Below are positions 17,508 through 26,866 of a stretch of DNA of 52,229 nt, one piece after another (position 1 is the stretch's first letter; each line of letters starts with the position of its first letter). The position numbers and the translations under genes were made by a program. Under the pieces are notes generated by a model. The model searched no databases. It worked only from the letters and a program-made list of their open reading frames with translations, and was not told the origin of the DNA. Origin of the DNA: a virus (Duplodnaviria; Caudoviricetes); IMG/VR virus record IMGVR_UViG_3300038406_000260, positions 1-52,229 of that record; one strand, 5' to 3'.

Positions 17508-20234
17508 TCACCCTCCCGTCACGGTCGTAGCGGATGTCCGTCGGGCCGTCACCGCCGCGGTGGATGTGCGGTGGGCGGCCACCGGTGGCCAGACCGGAAT
17601 CTCGGGGGTGCCGATCACCCCGGTCAGTCCCAGGTTGAGCGCCACCAAGGCGGTGACGGCGTGGTCGGTGGCCACGGTGGGGGCGAGGGTCAGCGTGAGT
17701 GGTATGCCGGCGGTGACCTGGTATCCGGTGGCGGTGGTGCCGGCCAAGGTCAGGCCGAGCGGGATGGTGGCGGTGACCTGGTTGGGTGCGCCGGGCACCG
17801 GCGCGTCGACCACCGGGGCGACGGTGATTGTGAGCGGGAGCGTGGTGGTGACCTGGTGCTCGGCCTGTACGGTGCCGGCGGTGGCCAAGGTCAGCGGCAC
17901 GGCGGTGGTGACCTGGTGGTCGGCCCGTACGGTGCCGGCCACGGTCACCGTGAGGGGGATGCTGGCGGTGACCTGGGCCGGGGCGCCCACGTCCGGCGCG
18001 TTGACCACCGGCGCCACGGCGAGGGTCAGCGGCACGGCCGCGGTCACGGTGTGGTCAGCGGCTACAGTCCCGGCCAGCGTCACCGTCAGGTCCACTTCGG
18101 CGGTGGCCTGGTGCTGCGCGGTGGTGGTGCCGGCCAGCGCCACTGCGAGCTCGACCCCGGCGGTCACCTGGTGCTCGGCCTCGGTGGTGCCGGCCACCGC
18201 GATCGTCAGGGGGATGTTGGCGGTGACCTGCGGGGTGGTGGTGACCCCGGTGGACCAGACGACCAGCGCGGCGGTGATCCGCTTGCCGGCGTCCCCACCG
18301 GGGAGGGTGACCGTGTCCGCCCGGACACCGGCGCCCTGTCCGTCCAAGATCAGGTAGCCGCCGACGCCGGCGTTCCCGCCCGCCCCCTTGCCCGCGTAGG
18401 CGTCCAGCAGCAGATTGCCGCCGCCGACCAGCCCCGGGTTCACGTCGGTGGCGGCCCACACGATGCCGGCCGCGCCGCCGTCGCGGATCGCCGCGGCGGC
18501 CAGCAGCAGCAGGTCACCGGCCGGGATGCTGGCGGTGTCGCCGGTGGCAAGGGATGTGACGGAGCCGGTGTCGGAGTCCGCGACCGCGGCGGCGGCGAAC
18601 CCGAACGCCCCACCCTCCTGGACGCGCAGCCAGATCGCGTCGGTCGGGTCGGCCGACCAGGCGGCGGTGAACAGCCCGTCGGTGATGCCGCTGGTGGGGA
18701 CCAGCTCGGCGACGCCGAGGGAACGGCGCGCCAGGTCGTTGCCCGGCAGGGTCGCCTCGGCCACCCGGTTGATCCAGGACGCGCCGCCGGCGTTGGGAGT
18801 GACCGCGAAGCCGGTTCCGCCGCCGCGGCTGAACGCGATGCAGATCAGCCGCTCGCCGACCCCACAGGACAGGGTGGCGGGGTTGGCCGAGACGGTTCCG
18901 GAGAGCAGCCCGGTATCGCTGGGCGCCTGGACTGTGCCGGCCAGCGTGACGGCCAGGGGGATGTCGGCGGTGACGGCATGGTCGGCGGCTGCGGTCGGCG
19001 CGACCGCGACGGTCAACGGGATCGAGGCCGTGACGATGGCCGGCAGGACCTCGGCGACTGAGAACTCGACCCACGAGTTGGCGTGGTTGATGTCCAAGGT
19101 GAAGCTGCGAGAGCCGCCGCCGCCTGCCTTGCGCAACCACAGACTCAACGCGAGCTTGTCACCGGCGACGAACGGGCCGGCCAATGCCATGGTCTGCGTC
19201 TTAACACCGACGGTGTTGTGCGCAGATGAGGCCGTGGAGGCCTCCTGCTCCACGTCGGCGCTGTTGTACCGATGGACTCTCCACTGGTACTGCAATGTGG
19301 ACGCCGAAACCGCCGACATGGAGATGGACGTGTCGATTGCCACGCTGGCGTCCACCGTCGCGCCAACAACTCGCCAGAACTCCAGCACCTTGACGAAGCT
19401 TCCGGAGCTGACACTGCCCGAGCCCACCGTGGTGGGTGTGCCCTGGGTCTCGGACAGGTCCCGGACGATGCCACCGGTGCCCGGCTCGTCCTGGGTGCTG
19501 CGCAGATAGTTCCGGGACAGGGCCAAAATTCCGGCAGTGCCGTAAACGAAGTCGAGGTCAGTGACGGTGGTCGGGGTGCCCACGCCGACGGATGTCTCAT
19601 CGGCCCGGTTGAGGGTGAAGTCCTCGACCATGGAGTTCGCGTCCGGCTGGGAGAATTCCCACCCGGACGCCGGGTCGGCGTCCCGCCAGTTGTCCAGGTG
19701 CTCATCGAGGTTGGCCGCCTCGATCGCCGCGTCGCCGAACGTGTCGGCGGCCCAGGGCAGCTCGTTGGCCCAGACCGCCGCGGCGGCGTAGTCGCTATCT
19801 GGGCCTTCGCCGGAGGTCGCGTCCTTTGTGCGGATGCTGCCGCCTGTGGGCGCCACCCAGTCCAGCTGGGTATCGACGGCATCAGCGTGCGCCCAGATAC
19901 CCGTGGCCAGGTTCTGGAGGCTGAACCGGGGACGCACATCCCCCGTGTTCTTACGCGCCACCAACAGGTGCCAGTCGCCAAAGGTGACAACTGGCCCTTC
20001 CGTGGCCCAGGCGCTCGCGCCCTTCCAGAAGATGGTCCCGTTGCCGAGCACCCCGACGCCACCCAGGTCGGCACCGGTCGAGTCGTACAACTTCACCAAC
20101 CAGCGGAAAACCGGGTCTGCCGCCGGCCGGAACAGGATCGCGACCGTGCCGTAGGTCGTTGCGTCAACACCACCGAGCCCGGTGGAGAACGCAATGTCGT
20201 CGGCGTTGCCGAGCCGGCGGACGACGATCGACAC
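17508..20234 (-). CDS. Large fibre/appendage protein with lectin-like beta domains and ~20-aa repeats
   Basis: LamG-like N-terminus (WHLLVARK); about 10 HQVTA.IPLTL..AGT repeats. Confidence 0.65.
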   Translation of the reverse strand: MSIVVRRLGNADDIAFSTGLGGVDATTYGTVAILFRPAADPVFRWLVKLYDSTGADLGGVGVLGNGTIFWKGASAWATEGPVVTFGDWHLLVARKNTGDVRPRFSLQNLATGIWAHADAVDTQLDWVAPTGGSIRTKDATSGEGPDSDYAAAAVWANELPWAADTFGDAAIEAANLDEHLDNWRDADPASGWEFSQPDANSMVEDFTLNRADETSVGVGTPTTVTDLDFVYGTAGILALSRNYLRSTQDEPGTGGIVRDLSETQGTPTTVGSGSVSSGSFVKVLEFWRVVGATVDASVAIDTSISMSAVSASTLQYQWRVHRYNSADVEQEASTASSAHNTVGVKTQTMALAGPFVAGDKLALSLWLRKAGGGGSRSFTLDINHANSWVEFSVAEVLPAIVTASIPLTVAVAPTAAADHAVTADIPLAVTLAGTVQAPSDTGLLSGTVSANPATLSCGVGERLICIAFSRGGGTGFAVTPNAGGASWINRVAEATLPGNDLARRSLGVAELVPTSGITDGLFTAAWSADPTDAIWLRVQEGGAFGFAAAAVADSDTGSVTSLATGDTASIPAGDLLLLAAAAIRDGGAAGIVWAATDVNPGLVGGGNLLLDAYAGKGAGGNAGVGGYLILDGQGAGVRADTVTLPGGDAGKRITAALVVWSTGVTTTPQVTANIPLTIAVAGTTEAEHQVTAGVELAVALAGTTTAQHQATAEVDLTVTLAGTVAADHTVTAAVPLTLAVAPVVNAPDVGAPAQVTASIPLTVTVAGTVRADHQVTTAVPLTLATAGTVQAEHQVTTTLPLTITVAPVVDAPVPGAPNQVTATIPLGLTLAGTTATGYQVTAGIPLTLTLAPTVATDHAVTALVALNLGLTGVIGTPEIPVWPPVAAHRTSTAAVTARRTSATTVTGG

Positions 20235-20244
20235 GGGTCAAGCC

Positions 20245-20559
20245 CTACCGGAGGGCTTCGACCTGCGGCGCGAAGGTGCGGAAGCTCTTGGCGGTGGCCA
20301 GCGCCTGAGCGCCCAGGTAAATCTGCCGCAGCTGCGCGTACTCGTTGTTGACGGTACCGACGAGGTTGGCGTCCGGCGCACCGGTCGGGTCGGCCTGGTC
20401 AAACCCGAAGTTGGCGACCAGCCCGGCCACCCCCTCCGCCTGGAAGAACGCGTCGAACTGCTCGATGTCGTCCATGATCTCGCGCAGCCGTACCGAGATT
20501 CCGCCGATGGTCGTGTTGATCATGTCCTTGGTCGTCAACGCCTTGTATCCAGCGGCCAT
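20245..20559 (-). CDS. Virion-associated or fibre chaperone-like protein
   Basis: GAGGAG RBS; in the structural operon. Confidence 0.6.
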   Translation of the reverse strand: MAAGYKALTTKDMINTTIGGISVRLREIMDDIEQFDAFFQAEGVAGLVANFGFDQADPTGAPDANLVGTVNNEYAQLRQIYLGAQALATAKSFRTFAPQVEALR

Positions 20560-20585
20560 GTCATCCTCCTCAGGTGACGGTGATC

Positions 20586-20939
20586 CTAGCTACAGTGCAC
20601 CCATGCTTGTACCGTGATCGTCTGGCCGGCTGGCGCCACAACAAACGCCAACACTTCCCATCCGTTGTTGAGAGGCCAGCTTCTCCACACCTGGACATCG
20701 TGATGACTAGTCACGTATCCACCACCTGTGGGCGCCGAGTTTGCTGGGCATGTCACCTGAGTGATGACCTGCCGCCCGAACCCTTCGCTGACTTCTGTTC
20801 TCGTCGCAACTTGCCAAGTTGCCGGCGCAGCTTCCGCCGACGGAGCGCTAAGACCGGCCACTAGCAAAGCTAGTGCTGCCAGAGCCACTACGGCCGACAC
20901 GGCCATCCGCCCCACGCTCTTGTTGAACCCTACGGCCAT
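20586..20939 (-). CDS. Secreted small beta protein
   Basis: Signal peptide ending AEA; CPANSAPTGGGY...W...HC; lower GC. Confidence 0.65.
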   Translation of the reverse strand: MAVGFNKSVGRMAVSAVVALAALALLVAGLSAPSAEAAPATWQVATRTEVSEGFGRQVITQVTCPANSAPTGGGYVTSHHDVQVWRSWPLNNGWEVLAFVVAPAGQTITVQAWVHCS

Positions 20940-20947
20940 GGCTCCTC

Positions 20948-21283
20948 CTAAGAGACGGTGATCGGTGCGGCGGTGAGATCGAGCTCCCCCGCGGCGTTAT
21001 AGGCGAGGTCTCCAGCCAGCGTCGCCGAGAACCGGAAGTTGCCGGCGGTCTGCGCGTCGTACACGAGCAGGTCGCTGACCGCGGCCGAGCCGGTACCGGT
21101 GAAACTCAGCGTGGCGGTCAATGCGGCCACGCCAGCCGCCGCGGCGGTGTAGGCCGGTTGCAACCGCTCGTTGGACACCTGGTCGCCGGCCAGGGGGCCA
21201 TCCCCGATGGCGTACCAGGCGGCCTCCAGATTCAGCGCGGCCGCATCCGCGGCCGCGTTCAGCAGTGGGGCGTCACCAGCCAT
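20948..21283 (-). CDS. Small structural beta protein (fibre-base type)
   Basis: VYDAQTAGNF...LAGD..YNAAGE motif typical of phage fibre-associated proteins. Confidence 0.6.
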   Translation of the reverse strand: MAGDAPLLNAAADAAALNLEAAWYAIGDGPLAGDQVSNERLQPAYTAAAAGVAALTATLSFTGTGSAAVSDLLVYDAQTAGNFRFSATLAGDLAYNAAGELDLTAAPITVS

Positions 21284-21286
21284 GGC

Positions 21287-21457
21287 TTACTCGTCTCTCT
21301 TCTCACGGGAATGGGTCGCCGTCGACTCAGTAATCGGCTCCTCCGGCTCAGGGTCCGGCTCTGGGATTGGCTGCCCGGTGGCCAGCGACAGGTTGATCTC
21401 CGCGGTCACCTCGTGCACGCGCTCGGGCTCCGGGGTGGAGGTTGTTTCGTCAGTCAT
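21287..21457 (-). CDS. Small acidic protein
   Basis: MTDETTSTPEPE...; GAGGA RBS; start uncertain. Confidence 0.45.
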   Translation of the reverse strand: MTDETTSTPEPERVHEVTAEINLSLATGQPIPEPDPEPEEPITESTATHSREKRDE

Positions 21458-21608
21458 GTCCGTCCTCGTTTCTCCTCGACGTGAAGGTCTACCGGTCCGC
21501 TCCGGGGTCCGGTGGCGTAGCGAGTGGACGGTGCCACCCAGGTCCGGGTCACGCATCGCCACCCGCCACGCCGGTACGATCCGGCCCACGGCGCGGCGCA
21601 CCAGCAGC

Positions 21609-22247
21609 TCACCCCACAGCACCCCGACCACCGGGTCCATCCGTGCCCCACTTCCGCCGGAACCGGGCCAGCCCCGCATCCCAGCCGTTCAGCTGCGCCA
21701 CGTCCGTCGGGCCGGCGGTGTTGTGCAGCACTAGGCCCGCGCCGCCGGTCAGGCACCAGTTGCGGCGGCCGGCGGCCAGCTGCTGCTCACACATGTCGTG
21801 GTCGTATGTGTGGAACCCGGCATAAGCCTCGTCCCAGACCACCCGCTGCGCGGTGGCCAGCAGCAGCCCGTCCAGATGGGCGCACTCGCCACCAGCGCCG
21901 AAGTCCAGCACACCCATCCGGGCGTCGACCACCGACCCGCGGCAGACACCCTCCCACCACGGCGTCACCCGGTTGATACTGCCGACCACGCCAACCATGC
22001 CGACCTTCGGCGTGCAGTGCACCAGCAGCTCAGACCGCAGCCCCGTCGGGTCCAGGACTTGCACGTCCTGGTGCACGTAGCAGCGGATCGGCTGAGTCGC
22101 CCGGGCCTGACCCCGGTTGTAGGCCACCGCGATCGACGGCGGATCCTCCACCACCACCAGCTCATCACAGTCGCCGAGCACCAGCGTCGCGGCCAGGTTC
22201 GCGGCCAGCACCTCCGGCCGGTGCGAGGCGACGATCCAGGAGATCAC
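21609..22247 (-). CDS. GT-A glycosyltransferase (Glyco_tranf_2_5-like)
   Basis: SIAVAYNRG, YVHQDV, LDGLLLA, FHTYDHDMC. Confidence 0.85.
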   Translation of the reverse strand: MISWIVASHRPEVLAANLAATLVLGDCDELVVVEDPPSIAVAYNRGQARATQPIRCYVHQDVQVLDPTGLRSELLVHCTPKVGMVGVVGSINRVTPWWEGVCRGSVVDARMGVLDFGAGGECAHLDGLLLATAQRVVWDEAYAGFHTYDHDMCEQQLAAGRRNWCLTGGAGLVLHNTAGPTDVAQLNGWDAGLARFRRKWGTDGPGGRGAVG

Positions 22248-22831
22248 GGGAAGTGGTAATCCACGGTGACCTCCGGCACGTACGCCCACCGCGCGCCGGC
22301 CCGCAGCCAGCGGTCGACCAGATCCCAGTCGATCGTCGGCAGGCTCTGCTCCCACGTCCCCAGCTCAAGCACGCCACGGCGATGAAGGAGCAGGGACGTG
22401 TCGATCTGCCCGAGGACGGGGGGCTGCGCGCCCACCTGGAAGGTGAGCCGGCCGCCGCGGTACACGTCCATGCGGGAGTAAGCGAAGTCAAGCTCCGGAT
22501 CGCCGGCTAGCACTCCGACCAGCCTGGACAGATGGTCGGGGTGGTAGGCGTTGTCATCGTCCAGGTAGGCGACCAGGTCACCACGCGCGATGCCGATGCC
22601 GTGCAGCCGCGCCCAGTGGCCCCAGCGGGCATGCTCATCGTGCCGGTCCAGCTCGGCGAAGGTGACGCCCAGATCGGCAACCAGCTCGGCGAGCTCCGGG
22701 TCTGGGCCGTCACTGACCACCACGTGCTCCACCCGCGGGTACGACTGACCCGACACCGACGGGATACAGCGGCCCAGCAGCAGATCATGCCGCTGCCAGG
22801 TGGGGGTGACCACCGACACCAGCGGCGTCAC
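22244..22831 (-). CDS. GT2 glycosyltransferase
   Basis: VSVVTPT, VVVSDG, ARGDLVAYLDDDN, DWDL. Confidence 0.9.
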   Translation of the reverse strand: MTPLVSVVTPTWQRHDLLLGRCIPSVSGQSYPRVEHVVVSDGPDPELAELVADLGVTFAELDRHDEHARWGHWARLHGIGIARGDLVAYLDDDNAYHPDHLSRLVGVLAGDPELDFAYSRMDVYRGGRLTFQVGAQPPVLGQIDTSLLLHRRGVLELGTWEQSLPTIDWDLVDRWLRAGARWAYVPEVTVDYHFP

Positions 22832-23661
22832 ACGCCCACCAGCCGGCGGTAGTACTCGACCGTCTCGGCCAGCCCGAGCGGCCACAGCTGCCGGCGGCAG
22901 GATGCGACCGGAGCCACCGCCACCACCCACGCGTCGGCCGGCTCCCCGGGCCGCATCGGCAGATGCACGATGCTGGACGTCGACCCGCACACCTCGACCA
23001 CCGTCTTGGCGGCCTCCAGCACGGTGGTCGCGACGCCGGTACCCGCCTCAAGGACCAGCCCGTAGGGACCGCCCAACGCATCCACCAGCGCCACGGCGAC
23101 ATCGGCGACGTGCACCAGGTCGATCCGCTGACTACCCGAGCCGTTGACCTCCACGTCCATACCGGTCAGCGCCCGGCAGACGAATGACGGAACGATCTTA
23201 CGGACCAGGCTCGTGCCGTGAGGCGGCGCCGGCTTCTGTCCCGGACCATAGACGTGGTAGGCGCGCACCACGGCGATCGGTTGACCGCCCCAGCAGGCAC
23301 GGGACAGGGCCAGATCCTCGGCGCACGCCTTGGTGATCGCGTACGGGTTGAGCTGGCCGCGGTGACCGGTACCGATCTGCACGGTCGGTATCCCGTGCGC
23401 AGCCGCGGCGGAGTAGACGGCATCGGCGCCGAGGATGTTGACCTCGATCGCCCGCGCCTCTGCCCCGATCAGCTCGGCGGTGCCGAGCGTACCGGCGAGA
23501 TTGATGACCCCTTCCACGCCGGCCATGGCCCGATCGAGCGCGACCCGGTCGCGGATGTCATCCGGCCGGTCGTAGCCCACCGGCTCGATACCCCGACCGG
23601 CGAGCTCGGCAACGACCGCCGCGCCGATGAACCCGGCCGAGCCGGTGACAAGGACCCTCAC
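22828..23661 (-). CDS. NAD-dependent NDP-sugar epimerase/dehydratase
   Basis: VTGSAGFIG, YAITK, VYGPGQ, DLVHVADVA. Confidence 0.92.
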   Translation of the reverse strand: MRVLVTGSAGFIGAAVVAELAGRGIEPVGYDRPDDIRDRVALDRAMAGVEGVINLAGTLGTAELIGAEARAIEVNILGADAVYSAAAAHGIPTVQIGTGHRGQLNPYAITKACAEDLALSRACWGGQPIAVVRAYHVYGPGQKPAPPHGTSLVRKIVPSFVCRALTGMDVEVNGSGSQRIDLVHVADVAVALVDALGGPYGLVLEAGTGVATTVLEAAKTVVEVCGSTSSIVHLPMRPGEPADAWVVAVAPVASCRRQLWPLGLAETVEYYRRLVGV

Positions 23662-24218
23662 GCCAGCCCCCGGTAGATCGCCAGCGTGTCCACCAGCTCC
23701 GGCGGCGGACCGAGCAACCGATCCAGCGCGGCCGCCACCCCCGGGCAGGTGTCCTCGCCGTAGTCGTGGCAGGCCAGCACCCCACCGGGAGCCAGCAGCT
23801 TGACCGCCCAGGTGACATCGTGCTCCACGGTCGCCTCGGCGTGATCGCCATCGACGAAGATCAGCCCGAACCGGCGGCCGGCCGCGGCCAGGTCCGGCAG
23901 CGCCACGAAGCTGAACCGCTGGTCGATGGTCACCTGGTCAGCGACCCGGCAGGCAGCCAGGTTCGCCCGCATCGTCTCCGCCGAGCTGAGCCACGAGTGT
24001 GGGTCCACCGCGGTCACGACCGCGCCGGCCGAGGCCATCACCGCCGCCGACCAGCCGTAGGCGCTGCCGATCTCCAGAACGCCGCAGCGGGGATCAGTCG
24101 GGTGGGCGCGGGTCGCCGCCCACGTCAGCTCACGCAGCGTCTCAGTCTCCACGGCGGTGACCGAGGTCGAGATGGCCGGCCAGTCGGCAAACACCACCGG
24201 CCGCCACTCCAGCTTCAC
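23658..24218 (-). CDS. Class I SAM methyltransferase (Methyltransf_24-like)
   Basis: VLEIGSAYGWS, FVDGDH, LAPGGVLACHDY. Confidence 0.9.
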   Translation of the reverse strand: MKLEWRPVVFADWPAISTSVTAVETETLRELTWAATRAHPTDPRCGVLEIGSAYGWSAAVMASAGAVVTAVDPHSWLSSAETMRANLAACRVADQVTIDQRFSFVALPDLAAAGRRFGLIFVDGDHAEATVEHDVTWAVKLLAPGGVLACHDYGEDTCPGVAAALDRLLGPPPELVDTLAIYRGLA

Positions 24219-25606
24219 TTCGCACCACCCAAGTGCTCGGCGGCCCGCCGCTCGAACAGCGCACGGTCCGCCTCCACGTGCGACTGGCCCAGCTCGTAGA
24301 CCTCATCCATCTCGGCCGTGCCGTACAGCGGGTGGAAGTGCTCAACCCGGGAACCCAGCGCCATCGCCCACACCCCGCGCTGCTTGGCGACGGTCACGAT
24401 CTCATCGTCTACCCACCAGTGCCGGTACCCCTCGTGGCACACTACGTCGGGGCCGTCCCAACTGGCGCCCCGCTCGGCCGCGTACGACCGGCGGACCAGC
24501 ATGTGAGTCGCATGGTGGCCGGCGGTCACCCGCGGGTTGGCCAGATCGTTGGTGCCGATCACGTGATGGCTGGCGCCGGCCACCGCCTGGGCGTGGTCGA
24601 GCCAGCCCGGCTGGAACCGCACATCATCGCCGGTGACGAACAACCACGGCTCGGCGGTCTGCCGGTAGCCGGCGTTGATCCGCTCGGCGAAGGTCGCGCA
24701 GCCCGGGTCCGTGATCACGTCGGCGCCGGCGGCCTTCCACGCGGCGATGGCCTCCGTCTCATCCGGCCGCGCCACCGCGTACGCCCGGGCCAGCCCGGTC
24801 GAGGCGCGCAACGAGTCCACGAACCGCTCGGCGTTGGCGTGCCGCAGAGCCGGCACCACCACCGCAGTCTCGGCGGTCGCCGGTGGCGCGGTAGCCCACT
24901 GCCAGTAGTCCGCCTCCTGCAACCACAACTGCTTCCAGTGGCTGGTCTTCACCCCAGTGTGGACGTACACCGGAAGGCCGAGCGACCCGGCCCGAATACA
25001 GAACGAGATGTCCTCGCCGAACAGCCCGCCCAACATTGGATTGGGCAGCCGGTCGTACCACACCGGTCCGCGCGTGTCGCGGATCCGCTGGAAGACCGAC
25101 CGGTGCACCAGCAGACACGCCGAGCCGGTCGCCACACATTGCACGAGCGCGTTGACCGGATACGTGGTCCGGGCGAACGTGCTGCCCACGTCACCCTGGC
25201 CGACCCAGTCGAAGATGGTGGGCCGCGGCTCGCAGCGGCGGCCGCCGAGCCCGTCATCGCCGACCTCCTTCTGGGCGAAGCACAGACCGCCGACGATGGG
25301 ACGCGTCACCGGATCCGCCACCTCGAGCAGGCAGTCGACCGTGTCCGGGGCGAACCCCATGTCGGTGTCCACCCACCAGAGCCACTCGGCGTCGCGCTCG
25401 GTCAAGAACCGCTCGACCGTCTGGTTCCGGGCGGCGGGCAGGCCGCCGGACGCGGTGTAGTTCATGGCCAGGAACCCACCGTTAAGCACCCGCCCGTGAC
25501 GCGCCCAGTCCCAGCCGATCAGCTCGACCAGGCTCATGTGCCAGGAGTGGGGGAGGCCGCGATCGTCATCGTAGATGTAGGCGACCGTTACGGCGCTGTC
25601 GGTCAT
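24215..25606 (-). CDS. Two-domain GT-A glycosyltransferase
   Basis: Domain 1 ARN..WWVDTD..GEDISFC; domain 2 INAGY..FVTGDD..HWWVDDE..VEHFHP. Confidence 0.88.
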   Translation of the reverse strand: MTDSAVTVAYIYDDDRGLPHSWHMSLVELIGWDWARHGRVLNGGFLAMNYTASGGLPAARNQTVERFLTERDAEWLWWVDTDMGFAPDTVDCLLEVADPVTRPIVGGLCFAQKEVGDDGLGGRRCEPRPTIFDWVGQGDVGSTFARTTYPVNALVQCVATGSACLLVHRSVFQRIRDTRGPVWYDRLPNPMLGGLFGEDISFCIRAGSLGLPVYVHTGVKTSHWKQLWLQEADYWQWATAPPATAETAVVVPALRHANAERFVDSLRASTGLARAYAVARPDETEAIAAWKAAGADVITDPGCATFAERINAGYRQTAEPWLFVTGDDVRFQPGWLDHAQAVAGASHHVIGTNDLANPRVTAGHHATHMLVRRSYAAERGASWDGPDVVCHEGYRHWWVDDEIVTVAKQRGVWAMALGSRVEHFHPLYGTAEMDEVYELGQSHVEADRALFERRAAEHLGGAK

Positions 25607-25956
25607 GCCGCGCCCTGCGCCTTGGCCAGCTCCTCGCGGAGCCGGACCAGGCTCCATCGGCCATCTACTTTGACACCCAGGCCGAGCAGTTGTGCGCGCA
25701 GCGCCTCGACCTCCGCGGCTGCCTGGTCGGCCCGTGGCCGGATCACCCGCAGCTCACCCGGCGCGGCGGTCGCCTGCTCCACCGGCGGGTCAACCTGCAG
25801 GTGGCGCGGCAGGGTGGTCCGGATGATCTTCGGCAGGTCGGAGAACCAGTCCGGATGCAGCTGCACGATCGGGTCGTCGGCGCGCCACGCCTCGCCCTCC
25901 ACGATCTGGACGGACGGGGTGACCCAGCTGGTGAACTTGGCGTAGACCACGTGCAT
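25603..25956 (-). CDS. Capsid-adjacent small protein
   Basis: VEQATAAPGE and LGVKVDGRWS...L motifs; directly after capsid. Confidence 0.6.
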   Translation of the reverse strand: MHVVYAKFTSWVTPSVQIVEGEAWRADDPIVQLHPDWFSDLPKIIRTTLPRHLQVDPPVEQATAAPGELRVIRPRADQAAAEVEALRAQLLGLGVKVDGRWSLVRLREELAKAQGAA

Positions 25957-25987
25957 GACGCCTCCTCGGCGGTCCTGGCGGTTGGTG

Positions 25988-26024
25988 CCCCCGGTCGCCC
26001 GACCGCCAGGCGGACGACCGGGGG
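25988..26024. terminator. Hairpin after the major capsid stop
   Basis: CCCCCGGTCG...CGACCGGGGG. Confidence 0.5.
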
Positions 26025-26034
26025 GTGAGATGGG

Positions 26035-26866
26035 TTACTGGTTCTGAAGCAGGCGGAAGGCGGCGTGGTTGACCGAATTCCCGCCGATCCGCGCCCAGGC
26101 GAACCAGCCACGCTGGCCGCTGGGCCGGTTGTTGTCGGTGTGGAACAGGTGCGGCACCAGCTCCACGCTCATTCCGCCCCGGCGGGCGATCAGGTAGTTG
26201 GACCAGTCACCGACGACCAGGCGGTGTTCCTTACCCGTGGTGCCGGTGAAGTCCGGGAAGTACGGGCTCTCGTAGACCCTCTTCCCGAACAGGATGTCCG
26301 CCCACTCGGCCGGCAGCTCCTTGGTGGTGGCGTGGAAGACGTTAGCCGTGCCGAACTGCCGGATCCGGTTGTTGATGTCCACCGACATCATCCAGGACGC
26401 CCGGCGCCGGTACTTCTGAGGCAGCGCCTTCCACACCTTGTACACATCCTCCTGCCCGAAGCCGGCATCGGTCGTTGACGCGACCTCGCTGGCCGCGGTG
26501 GCGTCGAGGATTGTGAGGATGCCGGTCGGCTCGTTGTTGCCGCTGCCGCGGCTGAACTTGTCAACCAGCAGCTCGTCGTAGCCTTCGCCGAGCAGGCGGC
26601 CCATCTCTGTTGCGAACATCGGGTAGTCCATCCCGATCTCCAGGCTGTACGGGATGAACCCGCGGGCGGTGTGCAGCGGCACCGTCGGTTGGGCCAGCGT
26701 CGGACTGTTGTCCGTCACCTCGGAGCCCTCGGTCTGGAACTGCCAGGTCACCCCCGCCGCCGAGACGCCCTTCCACTCGTCGGTGCCGATCGTCTGCTGC
26801 CGACAGATCGCCAGGAACGGGTTCCCGGACTCCTGGTCGGTCAGGATGATGCTTGGATCGATGAAG
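26035..26866 (-). CDS. Major capsid protein, exon 2
   Basis: FIDPSIILT...GSGNNEPTGI...VVGDWSNY...RIGG; HK97 fold. Confidence 0.9.

Noticed and set aside
17600-18250. DGR or CRISPR-like repeats in the fibre gene
   Set aside because: In-frame degenerate protein repeats; no reverse transcriptase or cas gene, and no adenine-specific repeat pair
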